Source of the DNA: Folioceros fuciformis
Taxonomy: Eukaryota
NCBI GenBank assembly: GCA_049999805.1
Contig: JBNGIO010006265.1
Location: forward strand, 209,242 to 243,863
DNA: 34,622 nt
Direction: 5' to 3'
The notes beneath the pieces are model-generated. The model saw only the letters and a program-made list of their open reading frames with translations. It did no database searches and had not been told where the DNA came from. The first letter of the stretch is position 1. Each line of letters begins with the position of its first letter. Made by a program: the position numbers and the translations under genes. Positions 21,660 to 34,622 of the stretch are shown one piece after another.

Positions 21660-22364
21660 CACCATAGGAGGCAGACCCTCCATTATCGGTATAGTAGATA
21701 GCTATGGGAAAGGTATATGAGAGGGTATTCTCCTTTTTGTGTTTTCTACCGCCAATACCTTTTAGCTTTTGGATTATTCGTTATGGGACTTCGGGGTGAC
21801 TGAGATTCCCCAATCTCTTCTTTTAATAAAGTCTACTTGCAAGGTGAACATAGAAGTACGACAATCGGCGAAAGAGCAAATGGCCTCTTGGGTAATCGAT
21901 GGCGAGAGGTTGGGGAATAGCTGCACCAACTTTCTTTGATGCTCGCTAGGGTACGAAATAGCGACGAGGTACGAGGATGCGCAATCTGAGTAGGCGAGGA
22001 TGGAGGGAGGAAGTGAGTTTGGTGTCACTGCATCTGGTGAGGAGAAGAGGAGGGAACCCGTCAGAGACGAATTCCCGGTGAAGCCATGGAGCGGCGGCGC
22101 GGATGGTCTTGTAGCCTGAGAGTAGGGGAGATGAAAAGTGAAGAGGGCAAGGAAAGGCATGCGGGCAAGCGTGACTTGGTCGGTCTCCACTGTTGGCGAC
22201 ATCAGCGGCTTGCGTCCGGAAGACGTGGTCCTATACGTAATGGCACGAGAACAAGGCGGGGAGACCGGAGCGTTTGACATTGGACAACCGAAAGCAAGAA
22301 TAGGGCAGGAGAGGATTGTGAAGTCGGAGACTAGGAGGCGGGGGCTACGGTTGTGAGGTCGCAT
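21660..22364 (-). mobile_element. Possible decayed LINE ORF1-like 5' fragment
   Basis: 196-aa minus ORF (21774-22364) with LFPNLSPSITQEAI, plus EGLPP downstream of its stop in broken frames. Weak resemblance only. Confidence 0.25.
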
Positions 22365-24476
22365 TTTGATGCTAAGATGATCACTCTGTTAAGCTTTTAC
22401 CGCAAGCCTTTTTTTGTTGGAACCTTGAAACTGTGTGCACCCTCTCCGTCACTCTCAGTCATACGCTTGGCAACGATGTGGATGTCCTGCCAACTCCTAA
22501 CGTAAGAGAGTAATGACGGTGATTGACACCGTTTTCAAGGAAGAGGCTGGAGTCCTGGTCTCTGAGAATTCCCATTTCGTTTATACGTCGCACGCATGCT
22601 GGGAAACTCCCTGTAAAGCATGCGAGGAGTGTGAAGCTGGTTTGGTAATTCTGGCTCCACAAGTGTTCACTGAAATGCTCGTACCCTGCAGGATCGGCGT
22701 ACACCAATTTGTGTCCACAAAGTTCACGTCAGTGTTTGTATGGCTCGTCAGGGGGCATGTGACATCCTGTACGGTAAATGATGGGCTTGCCCAGAAACAA
22801 CAACGCTCTGTTCACAGGCCTCCAAGCCTGTCATACTACGGTATGTACGTAGGTGCTGTATGACATGACAAGGGCAGGGGGCAGGGGAAGGGGACGAAAG
22901 TCCTGGTGCAGTGCCTTCCCTGGTGCTACACGATACGAGCCTTGGAGGTTTGCTTTAGCAGAATAGAATGCTATAGCGCGATCCCTGTTTCATCATCATA
23001 CTCACCTTCAACATCACAGCCCACGCTGGGCTGATGCTTGATTTTGCTTGCATTCGTTTGACAAAGACACAGCCCACACGGTGATTCAACTTGTGCTGGT
23101 AAATTTGTGTGGGCTAATCACAGGTGTTCAGCCTTCAGGAGGCCCTCCCGGGTCAACGCGTGTGAGGCAGCAGGCAGGAAGAGTGCCAAGGACGCGGCTG
23201 ACGGATGTAGATTCCGGCAGAGAGGTACATACACAAGTTGTGTGTGATGATCGAGAGCGGCGATTGCGTGCTGAAGTACTGGCAGTAAATTCGCAGCTCC
23301 CTTCCATTCCTTCGTCCGGCTCTGCATATGCATACGGATGTGCAATGCCATGTGGAAGGCCTCGTGTCGTCTCGAGCTTAGAGAGGCTCCTTTTGACACT
23401 ACTACCCCTTGCCACATTGCACATGTATCTACTCTGTAACTACTCGTCCCTGGACTCGCTACTGGGCACCATGCTTCCTCCCAGCCCTCAATAATTGGGA
23501 CAAGCATCGGTACACCCAAGTGCGAAACCACGAGGGGTGCAGGAGGAGCTACACGCTACGCGTTCCAGGCCATCCCTCCATATGCCGTGCTCGGGGAGAA
23601 GATGCCCACTTTTCTCTCCTCCAAAGCAAGTGAGATGGGGAAACCCAAGCAGAGCCTCCGCTGCTGCCTCACGAGATTCGCATATGCAGACAGCCTCAAA
23701 CGTGTACACACTGGTCCGCATTGCATTGCTGCAGGCTCCCGGGCTGCTGCTGCTGCTGCTGCGTACGTACCAAGGACCTCGTCGCCATGTGCTCATGTAC
23801 AGCGCACCCGTTTGGTAACTTGGACAGCAGGAGGAGCAAGTAAGTTTGTATGCATGGTCATCCTTGTACATACATGGACATGACACAACACAAGGCAGGC
23901 CCCACAGCCTTGTCAAATCAGACAGCCCACTGCTCCCTTCTTTCTCCTCCTCCTCTTGCTTCCGGTGGCTGCTGACTGAGACTTCCTCTCCCAGTGGTAC
24001 AGTCTGTGGTGCGCTCTCTCCACTGCAGGCCTGCAGCAGCACTGATCGTGACGGCTCACGCTCACGAAGTGGGTGCAATGTGGTCGACCCGACGCACCGG
24101 TAACGTGGTGGTGCCAAAGCACCAAGCTGCTGTGACAAATGCCGCTAAAGAGTGCGTGTGTCGTACACGCCATTTGTGCCGCTAGTGCTGCTCGTGAGGT
24201 GAACTCGAGTCCCGCCCTGACAAAGCGTGCGAACGGGAGGACGCAGGACGAGTCCCAGCCCTTCTGTGCCCGCTCCCGTGATGCCCTACGTTCTGCCCGT
24301 TCTGCCCGGGTCCCCGACTGCATGGCCCATGGTCGGGCTCCCCATGTGGCCATTTTGCATGCACAAATTGGGCATGGTCATAGTCCGCGCTCCAATAATG
24401 GTGGATGCTTGAATCCCCTTGGCCGAAGCTCCCTCCCACCGACCCACCCACGTGGTCCTGGTCCGGGGTCCCGAGT

Positions 24477-24576
24477 NNNNNNNNNNNNNNNNNNNNNNNN
24501 NNNNNNNNNNNNNNNNNNNNNNNNNNNNNNNNNNNNNNNNNNNNNNNNNNNNNNNNNNNNNNNNNNNNNNNNNNNN
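24477..24576. other. Assembly gap (100 N)
   Basis: Run of 100 N about 500 bp upstream of the DAHP synthase start. Confidence 0.99.
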
Positions 24577-25072
24577 AAATTCCATGTATTCATTCATTTA
24601 TTTATTTTTCCAGGGTCCTTGAAATTTCGCCAATTTGTGTGATGTGAATCCAAATGCAACGAACCCAGCGGAGAGCCAGGCTCCCAGGTCCGTGTACTCC
24701 GCCATGGCCAGAGCTGCCGCGGAATTCCTCGACTTGGGCCACCGGCTGCCGCTGCCGCTGCATTTGCCGCCTAAAATTCTCCCTCTCCTCTTTCCCCTCG
24801 TCCTTCAACCTTTCCCTGTTGTCCGATTGGTAGGTTGGTGTCCTCCTCCAACCCGGCTCTCCAATGCCCGGCCATTCCCCTCCCTATTTCACCCGCCCTC
24901 TCCCTGCTTTCCGCATCGCATTCCCTCCTGCCTCGCCTCCTTCCCCTTCGCCTTCCCGCTCTGCGCATTGCAGCATTGCTGCATTGCCTCCGGCTTCCCT
25001 CCCCGCCTGGGCTCTGCCGCTGCACCGTGAGTGATTGTTCGCCATCTCTTCAACGCCACCGGGTCGTGAGCG

Positions 25073-27132
<2,060 letters not shown>

Positions 27133-28073
27133 TTGCTGACGTCGTCTTCCCCTCCAGAAACTGGCTAGCCTCTCTTCACGCACATCCCGTGCCACTGGAA
27201 CGTAGAAGTGACAGGGTGTATTTGTATTTATTCCTTTGTAAAGCACTAAGCGGGCAGTACATGCGTACAGATTTCGTGGGCGCATTGCCAGAAATCTGTA
27301 CTATGAGTGTATATAAGTTTAACGTAGCGTAGCTACTGGTAAACAACTGTTTTCTCCAGGTGCTTCGTTCTGTTTTGCTCGGACTGGGAGCACGCTTGCA
27401 CTGAGGCAATTCTCTGACACCTGCAACCTGAGAGATGAGTCCCGGTGAATAAAGAACACAAAATATGTATGTTTTTTGTATCTACTGTCAGATTCTCTCG
27501 TCTCCCAGGGACCCAGATGTTCACCTCTGTTCGACATACACTATGAGCACGCTTCCGACGAACCATTGACCAACAACTGGCAGGGCAACCTCTTTAGAAG
27601 TACCAGCCACCACGCAATACACTGACTCTTCACATTCTGAAAATCTAAGCAACCGGGGTTCACTTTGACAATGTCACATCCACGTGAACAGAAGTCGTTG
27701 CCTTTCCTCACAATTGATAGATTATTCATACCTGTGATACTTCCACGACACACGGCCCCAAAGGAAAGCTGGCCACACTTATGAAAACGGATACATTTCT
27801 CCTTGGCTATGACGAATTCGACGGCACCTTCCACGAAAGCCAAAATTGTTACTCAGATATTGGTACGGCTCCTCGTTCCGCGTTCGGGCACATTGCGACG
27901 AGACAAAGCGCCTCGGATGCAGCTTGTCCAGAATCACGTATCCGTTCTATATTTTATTCATTCATTTCATAAACTAGTCCTTTAAAATATTGAAACACTT
28001 TCTACCGCAAATAGTGATGGCCCCTTAGGCGCTTTGGGAGCGAGAGTGCAGGGATTGTGAGTCCTACCAAAAG

Positions 28074-29831
28074 CTACTCTTCCTTGGCCCACGAAGGTCC
28101 GTATATGGCCACATGAGTACGGCCGTACCGTCTGTCACGAATCTGCAAATCAACCAAACAACAGTCAGCTGGCAAAGGGGAGAAACTTTTTTCAAGAGCA
28201 CCACTCCTTACTGGCAGTTCACCAGACGGGCACCTTCACAAGTGGCCCACACTCTTCGGGCATTTCTTTCCGGGACTTGAGAGGATACTCCACCACCTGC
28301 ACCAACGTACAAGGCACAGACAACCCTTCAATGGGCATTGCCAAAACTCTGAGATGACAGCCACAAGATTAAGCCCAACTCACGTACAACCACGTACGAT
28401 GCAAGTCTCTTTCCCCACGAGTGGCGACTCAGAGAGTTGGGCCATGAGAGTGGTGTATGTCACAGCTTCATACGGAGGAGTGACACTTATGTAGTCGAAC
28501 TGCCCGCCAGCTAGCCTGGCTGCAACACCATTCCAAAGGAAGTTAGCTCGCAGACCATGTCGTGCACCCTCAGGAATCGGGCCCACGTTGCATTGAAATT
28601 GAATCAGCATTTTTTTATCAGTCACGTACAGGTAAGACAGGCAACTCACGTCCAAGATCATGCGCCTGTTGCAAAAACGTTTCCACTCGTGTTGTATGGA
28701 TGACAGCATCGTCTTGGAAGTTGGTTAAAGCCAAATTAGGCTGCAACACTTGCGAAACCACCCACGGATCCAATTCCACAAAATGCGCCTGTTCAAGGAT
28801 GTACCCAAGTCAGGGAACTATAAAAGCACACATCGCAGGAGGCATCTAAAGGCCTCCTGTGATTAGAAGACGAGCTTCAAAATGCTAGGTACGTCACCTT
28901 CGCACAACCTCTGCTGAGAGCTTCAATCCCGACTGAGCCTGTGCCACTGTACAAATCGAGCCATCTTCCTGCGGGTAGGGTTCCTGGAGTTCCAGCGAGT
29001 GCCTGGCAGAGAAACAACCTCACCAGCTCAGCTTCATCACTTCCACAGTCAGCACCTACAGAATGTATTCCATAACACGAGCTGCCAATGAATCGCTCTA
29101 AACACCCACCTGCAAGGCATTGAAAACAGCTCCACGTACTACTTCCATCATAGGTCTGACATTTTGATCCGCTGGAGAGAAAAGCTTCTTGTTGCTCATC
29201 TTACCTGCCATCACCTACGTACAGTGTTCATTGAGAATTTTGAAACCCTTGCCAAAGCCATCAACTAGGGGCAACGTAGAGACAAGAAAGCTGCATACCC
29301 GCAGCAACTTATGCGTGAGTCGTGCTGGTTTTCCCGGCACAACCTCCACAGTTTGCTTAGCTCTCCTCTCGTTCTTCAGCTGCTGTTTCAATCGCACAGG
29401 CACTTGGACGCCAGCGATCTCAATCATCTGTACAGCCCGAGCTAATAATCAATGACATGTTCGTATGTAGCCATCCGGTGAGGCAACATGGATTTCAAGC
29501 ATGCCACTTAAGACCTACTGGAGCCCGCCGACCTCTTCCGTCTGAGGAATTGGAATTTTCCAGCCAGAGTCAATGCTGAAAATCTCCTCCTCTCGTGTCC
29601 CACCCTTCGCTTTCCTTTTCTCTTTGCCATCTGCTCTCCTGTTTTCTGCCACAGTACGCAAACATCAGACATTTCCACCAGACCTGTGGCCCCCGACGGG
29701 CAGGAATCCAGACCCACAATGTAGGCCATACACTGTAAGGGAAACTAACATATCAATCACTCACGAGAAGCAGGCGAAGCCTGGCAACGAGGTGAAAAGA
29801 TCGAGGCTCTGCAGATGCAAGTCACCGCCAT
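28074..29831 (-). CDS. RsmD: RsmD-like 16S rRNA m2G methyltransferase (plastid type, At3g28460-like), 303 aa
   Basis: Exons in transcript order 29831-29765, 29645-29533, 29427-29299, 29214-29110, 29002-28898, 28788-28650, 28519-28398, 28296-28234, 28142-28074 (912 nt, GT-AG, open). Motifs VRPMMEVVRGAVF, WLDLYSGTGSVGIEALSRG (SAM-binding), HFVELDPWVV, FDYISVTPPY, VVEYP and RRYGRTHVAIYGP. The first two exons are less certain. Confidence 0.93.
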
Positions 29832-29869
29832 GCGAGCTACGAATCTTATCCCTTCGCTTCAGTACCCTT

Positions 29870-29877
29870 AAACCCTA
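29870..29877 (+). promoter_or_regulatory. Telo-box AAACCCTA ~40 nt upstream of RsmD start
   Basis: Exact motif. Telo-boxes are common in 5' regions of plant translation and ribosome-biogenesis genes. Confidence 0.4.
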
Positions 29878-30444
29878 CCGACCTAATGCCCAAACTACAC
29901 GCTAGACGATTTCTTCGTTACGTAGGGATAAGTGAACTGATGGGGATGTGGCGGCCGTGGGGATTATGGCAAGCAGGCCCTACGAGGTGATCGGATCGGT
30001 TTGGCTTTCTGAGGCATGATCTGTGAAACATTGTGGTCACATGAACAATGTATGTGAATTTCGACAGAGTGTGTGGCCGGGGTAGAAACGTGTGGCGCGG
30101 TCACACGCCACGACGGCGTGGTCGTTGAGAAAGCGCTTCTCACAGCCTCCTTGTCTCCCCTACCACCACCATTGCGGTACCAGGGAGGACATGTGAAAGC
30201 ATGGCATCTTGGAAGATGCTCGAACTTCGTCTTATGGCCTATGCAAACAAGGACGTGGATGCTAGGTTAGCTGGATATTCCTAGCTGCGCATCAGTCAGC
30301 AAGTCCTGCGTCTCTCAGTGCGTTGCTACAGGAATATACACACGTATGCCTCCTCCTCCTGCTCCTGCTCCTGTGCGTATGTGAGCGACTCAGTTCCAGG
30401 TGTGAGTTTCCTTCGTCGGAGAAGGGAAGGAGCTTCGTGTGCAG

Positions 30445-31054
30445 ATAAGAGAAAAAGCCCGAGATAGCTTGGAATATGTCGGCTGCTTCGTGTTGGATAT
30501 TGCTGAAAGACACATGGTGCATCTATAGACGTCTGGTTCGGTGGTAGAGACGTTGGCTAACCAGGTCCTGGCTCTACTCCACGAAGAACTGAAAGCCGAT
30601 CAACACGACGATACACAGCAGGACCTGCAGTCCCTAGCCTTCGTTGATCTGTCAGCATGACGAGGTTTACAATGATCCTAACGCCCTGCTGGTAGGCACC
30701 TGCCACTTGTCGACGAAAGACATCAAATCAGTCCTGGTTGACATCACCCTTGGACTAGTTGAAGCCCGGTTCGACCATACATCAGATGCTACTCTCACGA
30801 CCCTGGCTCGCACAGCCTGTCCAAAATTTCCTGAGGATCATAAGTGGTGTAGTGTGATAACCCTTGCTTGCGCACAAGTCCTGTACATTTTTTTTTTCCC
30901 CAAGGATCGAAAGTGTGGTGTGGAAACATGGGCCGTGCTCTCAAAGCCTGTCTACAATCTTCAGACGATCGAAACTGGTGTGGAAACAAGATCCTGGCTC
31001 ACAGTGGCCTGTCCAATCTATATGGAGGATCAAAAGTGTGGTGTGGAACCATGA
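30445..31054 (+). pseudogene. Disrupted coding-like fragment ending in four Cys-containing repeats, unknown family
   Basis: After GTGCAG (ends 30444) the frame reads IREKARDSLEYVGCFVLDIAERHMVHL*TSGSVVETLANQVLALLHEELKAD..., then shifts into the 136-aa ORF 30644-31054. Confidence 0.35.
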
Positions 31055-31304
31055 GCGTCACAACAGGTGTGGATGGGTGTCACAACAGGTGTGGATGGGT
31101 GGCCAAAACAGTGAGGGTATATCAACACCTCCATCCGTACTGTCGTTATATCTGATGTGGGCTTGCGAGTTGCAAGTATGAGACGGTTGGTGTGTTCACT
31201 CACGCTCAGCCAGCAAAGCCCATTATATATATATTGCGCGATATATACATTGGCGCTCTCTCAAACAGTATTGATTTACGCCATACAAAATCAATGCCAT
31301 ACAA

Positions 31305-32526
31305 TCATCTACAAGAAAAGCATTGGGCTGCCACTGATATTGTACCTTCTCTCATGCAAGCAATGCAATCACTGTGAAATAGCATATGATGTGGTGAAAT
31401 AGCATATGATGTGGCTTTATGTGTGACAACCCAAACCACATAAATGCCATTGAAGTGGTCATCAAATAAAAAAACTGGGAAGAGTTGGAACTTGATTTGT
31501 TGGTGCCAAATGTGGCATCCATAGCAATGATTGCGTTGTGACCCAACGGAGCATTGTCTGCATTTGAAAATCACTTTGGATGCTTAGCATGAAGTCTATG
31601 GCATGGTCTTCTGTTCCTGGTAGTGGATAAAATACTTCAGATCTATGAATATCCATCCATAACTTAACACTCACCTCATCTTGTGCATGAAAACGCCACA
31701 TCCAAGCACCAAGTTCAGCTTGTAAATCCCTAATGTCACTAGGAAGGAGAAAATTATCCCTCTGAAGCACTGCTTGTGGATCACCTTGCTTTCATATCAG
31801 ACTCATGATCTTTCATGATCTGAAATGCTAATGTCTTGCACAACAACTTGTACTTCCCCATTCGTTTTTTGCCATAAATAAGTAAGGAATCGGAGTGTAA
31901 TTTGGACTTGAGTTGATGGTAAGCGCTTTACAATAATACTACCATGTGGAATCAATGTGGTGTACTTCATGTAATCTTAATTCAACTACATCAGGGAACA
32001 TTTCAAGTTGACTAACAAACACCAAAAATTGGCATCCATGCTTCTTACTCTCCCCATACATCACCTTAGAGCACCTATTGCCGACCCTGTCTTTGGTTTG
32101 TTAGTGAGATCAGCACAAATGTCTGATTCCATGAAACTATATTTTAGGAAACCAAAAGCACAATTGAATTTCATGTAATGGTAAGGAGTGGTTGGGTAGA
32201 TTGCATTTTGCTTGATGCTTGACCGTGTCCACACGTTCACCCTTACTAACTTCATTGGAAAGAATTTTGATGCCTCCTCACGTTCACCCTTACCAACTTC
32301 ATTGGAAAGAATTTTGATGCCTCCTCCCTAGCGATGAAATCTGCATATCTTCCCCATGGAATGTAACAAGTTTTGAAGGGACTAATTTTCTTCCTGATTG
32401 TGGGAGAAACATCTTGCCATTGCAGGTTTCCTTTGAGAAAAGTCCTGGGCAAGGAGTCTGAACAATGAAAGGGCACGTTTGTGGCTCAACGAGCACATAT
32501 GCATTTCCACACCCAACTTCCATCAT
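31305..32526 (-). pseudogene. Mutator-like (MULE, SWIM-family At1g60560/At4g13970-like) transposase pseudogene
   Basis: Frameshifted fragments YIPWGRYADFI, KKHGCQF, RDNFLLPSDIR, DEVSVKLW, FMLSIQSDFQMQTMLR, GHNAIIAMDATFGTNK and FDDHFNGIYVVW match the MULE DDE region as recalled. Multiple stops and frameshifts. Confidence 0.8.
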
Positions 32527-32843
32527 GATCTTTGGAATCTAGAGACAACCTGATTGTTCAAGTTCACTCAATCGAAGTGCACTATCAAAGTATCAAAGTT
32601 CACTCAATTGTGCACGCCGCTTGGGTGTGCACGTTGCTTGAGACGCTGTTCGGAATAGCAACATGCCCGGGATGCCATTTCCGCGCCGTAGATGTATACA
32701 GCTAGAATACAAACAGTTACTAAGGTAACCCTGCAGTGAGATTACAATGATCCGGAACGGCGTGCATTACGGCCAGGCACTCTGTTATTAGAGCTCAGAT
32801 TATGGACACAGTGACTTTTCGCTTAGCATGATGCAAACAAAGA

Positions 32844-32877
32844 CATGACCATGACCATGACCATGACCATGACCATG
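32844..32877. repeat. (CATGAC)5 microsatellite
   Basis: Five perfect copies plus a partial one. Confidence 0.95.
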
Positions 32878-33906
32878 GCGCTTCGGGTTTCGTGGCTTCA
32901 ATCACTTTGTAGAGACGAATAGCGCCTGGCCATTGGCTGTGTGCTGGCTCCCCGGTCACCGCGTCACGCCAGCGTGAAGTGGGGTCCTTCACGAGGGCTG
33001 CTTTCACGCATCATCTTGCGGGACTTGCGGTCTTCAAGACTCTCCGAGCGCTCCCGGGTTCGCAGTTCGCAGCACCCACCAGTCTCGTGAGGTTCAGAGG
33101 CAGCCATGCCTGTTGTTCCATTTCTCCGTAATTCATGTCAGTCCAGGGCCGCGTGTCAAGCTGCTGCGAAAGTGGTCCCATGCCGTATGTGCAGAGTCAG
33201 TCTCGGCCCGGATGGATCGCGAAAGCCGGTGTCGACTTCCCGCCACACGCTTCTGTCACAGTTGCGGGTGGCACGGCCGCCACGGCCATTGGCCAGAAGG
33301 TGCATGGTGAAATTGTTTCTAGTGACGGTCTGACCGCACTCCACCGGCCTGATCGAAAATGAACCTTGTTTGTACTGCCTGGGAGAGCGGGTGGAAAGCT
33401 TCCCCTGTCCCATTCCCATGGCCAGGCCGTGGCAGGTAGCGGACGCCTTGTCTCGTAATGGTGGTGCTCGATGCAACGGAACCTCACCTCCTGAAGCAGA
33501 GGCAGCAAGGCAAATTCCAGATTCTGCTACGGCCCCATTCTAAAGGGAAGGAAATCCTTCGTGGAAGAGGGGAGTGCGGGGTCAGGGTTTCCAAACGCGC
33601 TGTTGCTCTGTTACGCTGTTGCTGCAACAACAAGGCTGGTCCAACGCGTCAAATGTCGCACCGTGTCCGGCCCTACAATAACCTAAAGGAAAGACCCCTG
33701 TAATGTGTACTACAGGAGAAAAGCTTCTCATCAGAATCCAGAATCCTTTGGCCAGCTCTGGCAGGCACGCACTGCACTGTGCGTCAGACGCGGCTTGCGG
33801 CAACGGGCCTTTGGAGGGCCTGAAAGATTCACGGACTGTGGATTCAATCGGCGGGTGGCGTATCCGGGTGAGTGCATCTGGCACGGCAACCCGTTTCTCT
33901 CAGGCA

Positions 33907-33914
33907 TATATATA
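33907..33914 (+). promoter_or_regulatory. Putative TATA box of the last gene
   Basis: TATATATA followed by a pyrimidine-rich 5'UTR-like stretch (34000-34170). Confidence 0.3.
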
Positions 33915-34391
33915 CTTTGAGGTCCGCATGTTTGTTGGCTTCCTCTCCGCGGTTTGGGTCTGGGTCGTAGTCAGTGCTAGAGTTGCCGTGTGTTAGGCTG
34001 CCGCTCCCCTCGCCCCGCCCCGTCCCGCCCCTCCCCGCTCCGCTCCACCCCCACCCCACAGCGCCAGCCTCAGATCCAGGCACAGAAGGAGCCAGAGGTC
34101 GCCTAACACACTGTCCGCCTGTCCTGTCCGCCCGATCGCCCACCACTTCCTCTCGTTGCCGCTCACGTCGCAGATTAGGATTCGGTCAGCAGTGTCCTCG
34201 TGTGCAGGTCGGTAGCGCTGTAGGAAGTTTGCTGCTGTAGGAAGGTGCAAGAGAGGGAGGAAAGGTAGAGTAGAGAGAACTTTTCAGGTTGCGTGTCTGC
34301 GCATGCTGTGAGTGCGGTGTTGCGAGGCTGTGATGCGGATGCCGCTGCGGGAAGCGGGGCTTCCTACATCCACTGCTGGCTCCGCTGTGTG

Positions 34392-34622
34392 ATGCCATTA
34401 GGTGAAGTGGAAGACGCTCGGGCTGCCTCGCGGATTGGTGGTGTGCAGCTGCAGGACGTCGGGTTTCGGACCGGTGCTGATTCCAGTGGTGTCCAGGCCC
34501 CGGAGGTGGAGAGGGAGAAGGAGATGGCGTTGCAGGGCAAGGGGGTGGATCAGCAGCCGCTGCTGAGGGACTCGGAGGATCCCGCAAGGAAGGAGGTGGT
34601 GGGAGATGAGTTCGAGGAGGAG
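34392..34622 (+). CDS. 5' part of a gene running off the window; acidic N-terminus, product unknown
   Basis: Open 77 codons from ATG 34392: MPLGEVEDARAASRIGGVQLQDVGFRTGADSSGVQAPEVEREKEMALQGKGVDQQPLLRDSEDPARKEVVGDEFEEE, with GC3-rich codons like the neighbouring genes. DQQPLL resembles a dileucine sorting signal. Confidence 0.55.
   Translation, partial: MPLGEVEDARAASRIGGVQLQDVGFRTGADSSGVQAPEVEREKEMALQGKGVDQQPLLRDSEDPARKEVVGDEFEEE

Noticed and set aside
27541..27985. 100-aa minus ORF and two short plus ORFs between DAHPS and RsmD
   Set aside because: No family resemblance; they lie in the probable 3'UTR region.
29684..29732. Extra micro-exon in RsmD intron 1
   Set aside because: It would need introns of only about 32 and 38 nt, and its 49 nt would break the frame with exon 2.

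Overview
Eukaryotic nuclear DNA from a land plant with GC-rich genes and mostly 76-184 nt introns. A compact-genome non-seed plant such as a hornwort is my inference, not something the sequence proves. Bases 1-9000 are decayed transposon DNA: two copies of one retroelement-like repeat facing each other, plus LINE remnants. Four complete spliced genes were reconstructed by hand with GT-AG introns and open frames: WDHD1/CTF4 (+, 9558-13537, 12 exons, 998 aa), a synergin-gamma/At1g54920-like protein (+, 14336-18280, 6 exons, 1073 aa), plastid class II DAHP synthase (+, 25073-27132, 5 exons, 530 aa) and a plastid RsmD-like rRNA methyltransferase (-, 28074-29831, 9 exons, 303 aa). Also present are a composite block of three minisatellites (19159-20860), a MULE/SWIM-type transposase pseudogene (-, 31305-32526), the 5' end of another gene at 34392 and three N gaps. 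I found no CRISPR array, RNA gene or clearly new biological system. The best leads are the inverted repeat pair, the motif architecture of the synergin-like protein, unexplained gene-like DNA at 22400-24400 and 30445-31054, and a TGATG-overlapping uORF at the last gene.
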